NCBI GenBank assembly: GCA_043750125.1
Contig: JAYVCD010000296.1
Span: 1 to 16,129 of the forward strand
Direction of reading: 5' to 3'
DNA: 16,129 bases
From: Archangiaceae bacterium
GTDB taxonomy: Bacteria; Myxococcota; Myxococcia; Myxococcales; Myxococcaceae
The translations under genes and the position numbers were made by a program. Numbering within the stretch: the first letter of the stretch is position 1; the number at the start of each line of letters is the position of its first letter. Shown here one piece after another: positions 7,496 to 15,060 of this stretch. Under the pieces are notes generated by a model. The model saw nothing but the letters and a program-made list of their open reading frames with translations. It did no database searches and was not told where the DNA came from.

Positions 7496-10400
7496 AGCCC
7501 GCTCGACTCAGCTTTGATCAGTTGCAAATCGACGGCTTTGGACACTTTCACGAGTTCAAGGTCGAGCTCGCCCCGGGGCTCAACGTTCTCTACGGCGCCA
7601 ACGGGGTCGGCAAGTCGACGTTGATGGCGTTCGTCCGTTCGGTGCTCTTTGGCTTCGCCCGTCGCAACACCGCCGAGCGCTACCAGACCCAGGGGGGCAA
7701 GGCGTTCGGCGGTCGGGTGTTGCTCTCGACCCCCCACGGAGAGCTGTGGGTCCAGCGCCTCGATGGCAAGCGGGCCGAAGGCGAGCTGAGCGTGAAGAAC
7801 GGAGTGATGGCCGCCGTGCCAGAGTCGCGGCTTCGAGAAGCCCTCGCCAGCGTGGACAAAGAGCTGTTCGAGCAGGTGTTTGCCTTCGGCGTCGATGAGC
7901 TGCGCTCGTGGGGCCAGCTGATGGATGCCGGCAAAGTCAAAGACGCGCTCGCGGCGGCCTCGATGCAGGGCGCGCTGCGGCTGCCCCAGGCGCTCGAGAG
8001 GTTCGACGCCGAAGCGCGCGGCCTGTGGGGAAAGCAGGCAACCACCCGGCCGCTCAACGTCGTCATCAACGAGCTGGCGCAGGTTCGGGCCCGGCGTCTG
8101 CAACTGGGAAACCGGCCCAGGGAATACTTCGCCACCTGTGCCCAGCTCGAGGCGACCGGGTCTGAAGCGGAGCAACTGCAGCAGGCTCTCGAGCAGGCCT
8201 CGCGCGACGAGTTCCTGCTCGAACGGCTGCGCGAGGCCGCCCCCCACGTCGAACGGGCCGTCGAAGCCGCCGCCCAGCTGGCGGCGTTGCCCAAGGTCGA
8301 CTCCTTTCCTCAAGACGGGTTGGTCCGGCTCGATGAGGCCCAACTGGCGCAGCACACCGCGGGGGCTGCCCACGCGCGGGCCGCCGCCAACGCGCAGACC
8401 CTCACCCATCAGCTCGAGCAGCTCACGCAGACTCTCGCCTCTCTTGCCTCCCAGGCTCCGGTCTGTGCCGCACTCGATTCATGGCGGCAGGTCGCATCGC
8501 TCGACGCGGACCTCGATGAGCGGCGCGCCAGCTGGGTCCAACGGCAGCTTCGGGCCACCGAGCAGGTACAGCGGCTGGGCCTGCCCCAGACCCTCGAGGC
8601 CATCGACGCTTCGGTCGCGGCGCGCGCCTGTCTCACTGCACTGCGCGCGCGCTGCGGCCAGGCCCTCGAAAGGTCGACCCGGGCTCGCGACGCGCTGCGC
8701 CTTTCAACCGGCCGGCGCGAAGACGCGCAGCGAGAACTGCTCGGGCTCGAGGCCGAGCTGGGCCTGCTGGGCGGCGCGACGGTCGGCAATCCCGATGCGG
8801 CCCTGGAAGCCGCGCGCGGCCTTTCGAACGTCGAGCATCAATGCCGGGGAATCGAGGCACAGCTCGAAGATCGGCAAACGGCGCTCGCGGCGGCCGCGGT
8901 CCCCGACGAGCCTGCGCCCGCAGAACGTTGGCCGCTGACGTGGGTCGCGGCGATCAGCTGCGGCGTCATCGGGTGCCTTGCCCTCGCTTTCGCGCTCGCC
9001 GGCCCCGGGCCTGCGGCGGTGGCTGGGCTGTTCGGGTTGGGGTTCATCGCGGTGCTTTGGATCCTGCGCCACAAAGACCAGCAGCACAGGCGCTCAGCGC
9101 GAAGCGCGCACGAGGCGGTGGTGGGTCATCGGCACGCGCATCGCGAACGGCTCACCGCCGAAGCGCAGCTGGCCCGCACCCGCCTCTGCGCGCTTCAGCA
9201 ACAAGCGCACAGCCTGCGGGAAGCGGCGGGCCTGGATCCCGATGGGGCGCTGGGGCCCCGTCTGGTCGCGCTCGAACGCCTCGTCGGGGCGGCCCATCGG
9301 CGATCCGACCTGGTGCGAGATGCGGCGGTCGCGCGGTCGCGGCAACTCTCGGCACTCGAAGATGAGTCCCACGCCCATTCAACGCTGAATCAGGCCCTGG
9401 CCGATGATGAGGTTGAGCGCGCTGCGCTCGCCCTGCAGCTCAATCGGCTCGGGCTGCCCGACAGCCTCGAGCCCTCGGGAGCGTTGGAATTGTTGGCCGA
9501 GGTCGTTCTGGCCCAGAGCGCCGCCTCGGTCCTCGCCGACCAGTCCGCCGCGCTCGATCGCGACGCCCATCGCGTTGCTCAAGCCTCCGATGCGCTCAAG
9601 CTTGCGGCCCGCACCGCCTGCGTCTCTGGTTCGACCGCCGCCGAGCAGGTCGCCGGCCTGGCCGCCTGGCTTCAGGCCGCCCGCGCTGTGCAGGCCGACG
9701 CCGCAGCCAGCGCGTCGCGGCTCGACGATGCGTCGGTCTGCCTGGCTGAGGCAAAGGCCGACCAGGCGCAGGCGCAGCAGCGGGTCGAAGCCCTGCTCGC
9801 AGACGCGCACGCCGATTCGGTCGAGAATTTCCGCAGGCTTGGAGCCGCGTTCGCAACCGGTCAGCAGCTCGCCACCGAAGCCCGACATGCCGACGCCCGG
9901 GTGAAAGTCGCCAGCGGGCTGGCCGTCGAGGCCGCCCACGCCCAGCTGCTCCAGGCTCCGGGGCTCGAAGCCCGACTCGAAGCAGCTCGGCATCGCCGGC
10001 TCGAACTCGAAGGGCAACGCCGTCACCTCCACGAGCAGCGCGGCGCGCTGACCCAACAGCTCGCCGCCTGGGAAACCGACGCCCAGCTGGGCCAGCTGCT
10101 GCAGCAGGAACAGGCGCTCACCGCCCGGGCCGAGCAGCTGGCTGCGCAGTTCGCGGTCGCGCGCATGGGGCAGGCAGTGCTGGCTCAGGCGCGCGAAAAA
10201 TTTGAGGCCGAGCATCAACCGCAGGTAGTGCTTCGCGCCGCGCAGCTGTTCAATTTGCTGACCGACGGGAAGTACCCCCGGCTGACCCTGGACGCAGGCA
10301 ACGCCGGGCTTCGGACCCTCGATAGCCAGGGGCGAAGCTTCAGCGTCGAGCAGCTGTCCCGCGGAACCCGAGAGCAGCTGCTGACCTCGCTGCGGCTGGC

Positions 10401-10638
10401 GATGATCGAGGACTTTGGCCGCGAAAGGCTGGCACTGCCGGTGATGGTGGACGACGTGCTGGTCAACTGTGATCCCGCCCGTGCCCAGCGCATGGTCGAA
10501 GCGCTCTGCGAGTTGGCTACCCGCCATCAGGTCCTGGCGTTCACCTGTCATCCTGCGACCCGGGAGCTGTTCAAGCAGTACGGGGCGAAGGCCATCGAAG
10601 TGAGCACCCGGGCGCAGCTGGCGTTGCTCCCGACGTAA
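7492..10638 (+). CDS. yhaN: YhaN-like (AAA_27) SMC/Rad50-type coiled-coil ATPase with central transmembrane hairpin, about 1048 aa
   Basis: The likely start is GTG 7492, overlapping the upstream stop (GTGA), with GAGGGGG upstream. Motifs: IDGFGHF, Walker A GANGVGKST, signature LSRGTREQL, Walker B VMVDDVLVNCD and H-switch FTCH. Long coiled coils; two hydrophobic segments at 8941-9066. Confidence 0.9.
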   Translation: MKPARLSFDQLQIDGFGHFHEFKVELAPGLNVLYGANGVGKSTLMAFVRSVLFGFARRNTAERYQTQGGKAFGGRVLLSTPHGELWVQRLDGKRAEGELSVKNGVMAAVPESRLREALASVDKELFEQVFAFGVDELRSWGQLMDAGKVKDALAAASMQGALRLPQALERFDAEARGLWGKQATTRPLNVVINELAQVRARRLQLGNRPREYFATCAQLEATGSEAEQLQQALEQASRDEFLLERLREAAPHVERAVEAAAQLAALPKVDSFPQDGLVRLDEAQLAQHTAGAAHARAAANAQTLTHQLEQLTQTLASLASQAPVCAALDSWRQVASLDADLDERRASWVQRQLRATEQVQRLGLPQTLEAIDASVAARACLTALRARCGQALERSTRARDALRLSTGRREDAQRELLGLEAELGLLGGATVGNPDAALEAARGLSNVEHQCRGIEAQLEDRQTALAAAAVPDEPAPAERWPLTWVAAISCGVIGCLALAFALAGPGPAAVAGLFGLGFIAVLWILRHKDQQHRRSARSAHEAVVGHRHAHRERLTAEAQLARTRLCALQQQAHSLREAAGLDPDGALGPRLVALERLVGAAHRRSDLVRDAAVARSRQLSALEDESHAHSTLNQALADDEVERAALALQLNRLGLPDSLEPSGALELLAEVVLAQSAASVLADQSAALDRDAHRVAQASDALKLAARTACVSGSTAAEQVAGLAAWLQAARAVQADAAASASRLDDASVCLAEAKADQAQAQQRVEALLADAHADSVENFRRLGAAFATGQQLATEARHADARVKVASGLAVEAAHAQLLQAPGLEARLEAARHRRLELEGQRRHLHEQRGALTQQLAAWETDAQLGQLLQQEQALTARAEQLAAQFAVARMGQAVLAQAREKFEAEHQPQVVLRAAQLFNLLTDGKYPRLTLDAGNAGLRTLDSQGRSFSVEQLSRGTREQLLTSLRLAMIEDFGRERLALPVMVDDVLVNCDPARAQRMVEALCELATRHQVLAFTCHPATRELFKQYGAKAIEVSTRAQLALLPT

Positions 10639-10663
10639 TGACTCTGGCAGTGGGGGGGTGGTA

Positions 10664-13459
10664 ATGCAGATCGAACCCGTGGCGAGCATTCCGCAGATTG
10701 AAGTCCCAGCCCCCTGGCTGAAGATCCCGCTCGATGACGGTGGCGTTCCCGCGTTGCCGGTCGCAGAGCCCGCCGAAGCGACGGCGATCGTGCTCACCCC
10801 GATGATGAAGCAGTACCTCGAGGTGAAGGCGCAGGTGCCCGGGGCCATCTTGTTTTTCAGGCTGGGCGACTTCTACGAGATGTTCTTCGAGGACGCGGTG
10901 AAGGCCTCCGCGCTGCTCAACATCACGCTGACCGCTCGCAGCAAAGGTGCCGACAAGGTTCCGATGTGCGGCGTCCCTCATCATTCAGCCCGCCGCTACA
11001 TCGCCCGCCTGGTCAATTTCGGCTGCAAGGTGGCGATCTGCGAGCAGGTCGAAGAAGCCGGCGGTCCCGGCATTGTTCGCCGAGAAGTGGTGCGGGTCGT
11101 CAGCCCGGGCATGGTGCTCGACGACGACGTGCTCGAGGCGACCGAGAATAACTTTCTTGCCGCGATCAAGCCGCCTTCCGATGACGCAGACGCCTGGGGC
11201 GCCGTGCTGCTCGACGCCTCGACCGGAGAATTTCTCGCGCTCGCTCCCGCGTCGCTCGAAGTGTTGGGTGACGAGCTCAGCCGGGCGAAAGTGCGTGAGG
11301 TGCTGGCGCCCGAAGGGTCGTTGGGGGCCCGGCTCGACCCCCTGCTCGAGCTGCTCAGCACACGGCCCGCGCTCGCAACATTGCCTCCCGATGCGTTCGA
11401 CGTTCGGCGAGGCGAAGCGCAGCTGAAGGCCCATTTTCAGGTCGCCTCACTTGACGGCTTTGGCCTCGATTCGAAGAGCCCTTCGGTCGGAGCAGCCGGC
11501 GCGGCGCTGCGCTACCTCAAAGAGACTCAGAAGACTCCCGCTGCGCACGTCGACCGGATCTCGGTGCTCGCGCGCGGGACCCAGTTGGTGCTCGATGAGT
11601 CCTGCCGAACCCACCTCGAGCTGCACAAGACGATGAAAGACGGCGCCCGCGCCGGCTCATTGCTGGGAGTGATGGATCAGACGTCGACGGCCGCCGGCGC
11701 ACGGAAGTTGAGCCGGTGGATCGCCGCTCCGCTGGCCCAGGTCGCGGCCATCGACGCGCGGCTCGACGCGGTTGCGCTGCTGGTGGGCAAGGCGGTGTGG
11801 CGCGAAGAGCTCGCCGCGCTGCTCAAAGAGGTCGCCGATGTCGAACGGCTGTGCGGGCGACTGTCGCTCGCCTCGGGCACACCGCGCGACCTCAAAGGGC
11901 TGGGCCGAAGCCTGGTCGCATTGGGCCGGTTGGGCGCTGCTCTCGACCAGCCCCCCACCGCAGTGCCGCAGCTGCTCAAGTCGTTGGCCGGACCGCTGAT
12001 GAGTGAGCAGCTCGCGACGCTGGGCGCGACCCTCGAGGCGGCGGTGATCGACGAACCCGGGGCGGTGGTCGCCGACGGTGGCTTCATTCGCTCAGGCTAT
12101 GACAGCGACCTCGACGGCTGCGTGGCGCTCGCCACCTCTGGAAAGGACTACCTCGCGAAGCTCGAGGCCCGAGAACGAACCCGCACCGGCATTGGCAGTC
12201 TGAAGGTCCGCTTCAATCGGGTCTTCGGCTACTACCTCGAGGTCACCAAGGCGAACCTCCACCTGGTCCCCAAAGAGTGGACCCGCAAGCAGACGATGGT
12301 CGGCGGTGAACGGTACGCGACCGACGAGCTGCGCGAATACGAAGAGAAGGTGCTCTCGGCCGACGAAAAGCGAATCGCGCTCGAACAGAGGTTGTTCGAG
12401 CAGCTGCGTGCCCTGGTGATCGCCCGCGCCTTTGCGCTGCGGGCGGCCGCCGATGCCGCCGCCACGCTCGATGTCCTGATTTCCTTCTCGCGGGTCTCGG
12501 CGGCCGGCAGGTACGTGCGGCCGACGGTCGACGACAGCCAGGTGCTCCAAATCGAAGGCGGCCGGCACCCGGTCGTCGAGAAGTCGCTGCAGTCGGGTGA
12601 GGTGTTCGTTCCCAACGACATTCGGCTCGATCGCGAAGAGGCGCAGGTGCTGATCATCACCGGCCCCAACATGGCGGGCAAGAGCACGGTGATGCGCCAG
12701 GTGGCGCTGACGGTGGTGATGGCGCAGTCCGGCTGCTTTGTGCCTGCCCGCACCGCCCGCATCGGCCTGTGCGATCGGGTCTTCACCCGGGTGGGAGCCA
12801 GCGACAACCTGGCGCGCGGTCAATCGACCTTCATGGTCGAGATGACCGAGACCGCGCACATTCTTCATCACGCCACCCGGAGCAGCCTGGTGGTGCTCGA
12901 CGAAATCGGTCGCGGGACCTCGACCTTCGATGGGCTGTCGATCGCGTGGGCGGTCGCCGAGCAGTTGCACGATCGCGTCGGAGCCCGAACTTTGTTTGCC
13001 ACCCACTACCATGAGCTGACCGACCTCGCCCGCGAGCGGCCCCGAGTGAAAAACTGCTCGATAGCGGTGCGCGAAGTCGGAGGGCGGGTGCTGTTCTTGC
13101 GCAAGCTCGTCTCGGGCAGCGCGAGCAAGAGCTATGGCATCGAGGTCGCCCGGCTGGCGGGGTTGCCTCCCGAGGTCGTGGCCCGGGCGCGTGAGCTGCT
13201 GCACAACCTCGAGGCCTCTGAGCTCGACGAGACGGGGCACCCCCGGCTGGCACGGAAGGCCACTGTGGCGCCGGCCGAACCGACCGCCCGCGTCGATCGC
13301 TCTCAGCTGGGGTTGTTCGGCCCGGTGAGCCCGGTGGTCAGTGGCCCCAACGAAGCGGTGCTCCGAGCCCTGGAAGAATTTTCAACCGACGCGTCAAGCC
13401 CCCTCGAGGCACTCAATGCCATCGCCCGCTGGAAGGCGGCGCTGGCGAAGAAGAGCTAG
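10664..13459 (+). CDS. mutS: DNA mismatch repair protein MutS (MutS1)
   Basis: TPMMKQYLEVK, FFRLGDFYEMF (mismatch-binding Phe-x-Glu), TGPNMAGKST, GQSTFMVEM, DEIGRGTSTFDG, FATHYHEL, SYGIEVARLAG and a C-terminal clamp motif QLGLF (13304-13318). ATG 10664 is preferred over GTG 10658 because the G-rich RBS lies at 10652-10658. Confidence 0.98.
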   Translation: MQIEPVASIPQIEVPAPWLKIPLDDGGVPALPVAEPAEATAIVLTPMMKQYLEVKAQVPGAILFFRLGDFYEMFFEDAVKASALLNITLTARSKGADKVPMCGVPHHSARRYIARLVNFGCKVAICEQVEEAGGPGIVRREVVRVVSPGMVLDDDVLEATENNFLAAIKPPSDDADAWGAVLLDASTGEFLALAPASLEVLGDELSRAKVREVLAPEGSLGARLDPLLELLSTRPALATLPPDAFDVRRGEAQLKAHFQVASLDGFGLDSKSPSVGAAGAALRYLKETQKTPAAHVDRISVLARGTQLVLDESCRTHLELHKTMKDGARAGSLLGVMDQTSTAAGARKLSRWIAAPLAQVAAIDARLDAVALLVGKAVWREELAALLKEVADVERLCGRLSLASGTPRDLKGLGRSLVALGRLGAALDQPPTAVPQLLKSLAGPLMSEQLATLGATLEAAVIDEPGAVVADGGFIRSGYDSDLDGCVALATSGKDYLAKLEARERTRTGIGSLKVRFNRVFGYYLEVTKANLHLVPKEWTRKQTMVGGERYATDELREYEEKVLSADEKRIALEQRLFEQLRALVIARAFALRAAADAAATLDVLISFSRVSAAGRYVRPTVDDSQVLQIEGGRHPVVEKSLQSGEVFVPNDIRLDREEAQVLIITGPNMAGKSTVMRQVALTVVMAQSGCFVPARTARIGLCDRVFTRVGASDNLARGQSTFMVEMTETAHILHHATRSSLVVLDEIGRGTSTFDGLSIAWAVAEQLHDRVGARTLFATHYHELTDLARERPRVKNCSIAVREVGGRVLFLRKLVSGSASKSYGIEVARLAGLPPEVVARARELLHNLEASELDETGHPRLARKATVAPAEPTARVDRSQLGLFGPVSPVVSGPNEAVLRALEEFSTDASSPLEALNAIARWKAALAKKS

Positions 13460-13474
13460 GTTTTCGTCGACAGC

Positions 13475-14217
13475 ATGCGGCTGGCTGTTCCCAACGTCCC
13501 TCGCACCGTTTCGCTGCGGCAGGTGCCCGGGGGGCGTCCTGCTGGTGGCAGGGGGGGGCGCTGATCAGCAATCGCGCCGGCGGGTGGCTGTCGAACGAGC
13601 GGCAATTTTTGATCGATGCGGTCGAGGTGTCCGGGCAGATCACCCGGGTGGCGCTTCCGGCCCTCGAGGACCGCGAGGGAACGGCGGCCCGGCTGTCTGT
13701 CCTCTACGCCTGGCCGGAAGGCTTTTCCCGTTCCGCCGCCGGGGTTGCCACCTCGGGGCTGTTCGCCGAAGGCCTCGGGGCCGGAGCCAGCGTCCCGCTC
13801 CTTGTCGACCCCCGGGATCCCGAGCACCCGCGCGAAGCGGGCTACGTGCGCGATCGCGAAGGACTGCACCGCTTCGTTCCCCTGGGTCTGGGCCTGGGGA
13901 TGCTGCTCGCGCTGGGGTTGTTCGGCTTCGAATTCAAGCGCGCGGTGAGACGTGAGCTCGACCCGCTGCGCAGCGGAATTCTGGTCTGGCTGACTCCCGA
14001 TGAGCCGCTTCCCCAGACGAAGAGCGAGGGAAGTTTCGCCGCCAGCTGCTATCGGCAAGACGTGAAGGTTTCGGTGCGCGCGCGCGCGCGTCCGGGCCGA
14101 GCGCCGGTGCGCAACGGCGAGAAGGTGCTCGCCGTGGTGGTGCCCAGTCAGCCCACCTGGGCGCGCGTCATTGACGAAGATCTGGCCCATGCTCTGGGCT
14201 GGTTCATCAACTCGTGA
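13475..14217 (+). pseudogene. Membrane protein (DUF3592-like) with the 5' end frameshifted at two poly-G tracts
   Basis: ATG 13475, 15 nt after the mutS stop, gives MRLAVPNVPRTVSLRQVPGG and stops at 13562-13564. The hydrophobic GVLLVAGG follows in another frame, and the main body (ALISNRAGGWL...VPLLVDPRDPEHPR...LGLGLGMLLALGLFGF...GWFINS) is in the third frame. The shifts coincide with G6 (13529-13534) and G8 (13551-13558). The DUF3592 label comes from the TM - small beta domain ending VDPxDP - TM layout. Confidence 0.65.
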
Positions 14218-14236
14218 GCTCTTGCGAAAGCTTTCC

Positions 14237-14992
14237 CTAGAGGTGAACGAAACAGTCGACGGCCACCACGCCCAGGGCTTCGGTGAGCGTGAGCCGGTTG
14301 CCGCGCAGCTTTGCGGCCGCCGCGACGTACGGCTTCTTGTCGGCGCTGGTCTCTTCGTCCGGCAACACCACGGCCATCTGCCGCAGTTTCAGATCCCGGG
14401 GGGTAGCGACCACCAGCAGCCCCGACTTCGCCTGCAAGTGCGCATCGTCCACCGAGGCCCGAATCCACCCGCGCATCGGGCCTTCGTGCCTGAGCCAATC
14501 GACCGTCTGGCCCAGCGAGAGCTCTTTGGCTCCAACGAAGTGAGGAATCTCGCAGTTCATCGCGCGGCTCACGTCCCAAACGAAGATGTAGACGTCGCGG
14601 TTGTTGAGCTCCTTGGCCGGGCTCTCGCCGTCGTACGTCACGCCAATCGCGGTCAGCTCGTCATCGTCGTCGGCAAAAAGCCGCGTCGACGTCTTGCCGA
14701 GCAAACGTGCCCGCGCCGCTTTGCTCTCGGCTTCGCGTGCACCTTGAAAAGCAGAGCTCAGCTGCGCTTTCTGAAATTCAGTAGGCTGGCGCGGCGCCGA
14801 TGTTCCTGATCCGGACGCAAAGCCCGGGCGGCTGGCCGTGCACGGCAGGGGCCGGGCCGTCGGGGTGGGGGCGCTCGCAGCAGAATGAATTCCGGTCGAG
14901 GTCTTCTTCGTTCCAGCGCTGTCGAGGTCGAGCCCCTGTCCCTTGCCCGTGCTGTTTTCGCGCTCTGGCATGCGGAACCGAATTGTAGGCAT
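14237..14992 (-). CDS. Hypothetical protein: low-complexity N-terminus plus C-terminal domain resembling an inactive CHAP/NlpC-P60-like fold
   Basis: Start is ATG 14992 (MPTIRF) or ATG 14971; the longer 15178 start would overlap the amidase gene. The C-terminal domain reads RDVYIFVWDVSRAMNCEIPHFV..ELSLGQTVDWLRHEG..RGW..LLVVA..RQMAVVLP...CFVHL. Confidence 0.7.
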   Translation of the reverse strand: MPTIRFRMPERENSTGKGQGLDLDSAGTKKTSTGIHSAASAPTPTARPLPCTASRPGFASGSGTSAPRQPTEFQKAQLSSAFQGAREAESKAARARLLGKTSTRLFADDDDELTAIGVTYDGESPAKELNNRDVYIFVWDVSRAMNCEIPHFVGAKELSLGQTVDWLRHEGPMRGWIRASVDDAHLQAKSGLLVVATPRDLKLRQMAVVLPDEETSADKKPYVAAAAKLRGNRLTLTEALGVVAVDCFVHL

Positions 14993-15060
14993 CGAGTCGT
15001 TTTTTTGCCGCGATGTAAGACGCGTGCTCACATGGCTGAAGCACACCTCTGTAGCGCTCG

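Noticed and set aside
9379-13240. Long minus-strand ORFs 9379-10848 and 12092-13240
   Set aside because: Antisense shadows of yhaN-like and mutS with no independent motifs.
14076-14090. (GC)7G dinucleotide run
   Set aside because: In frame and explained by the encoded VRARARP; no sign of disruption.
14217-14237. Possible terminator between convergent genes (AGCT-N8-AGCT)
   Set aside because: Stem too weak and no proper U-tract.
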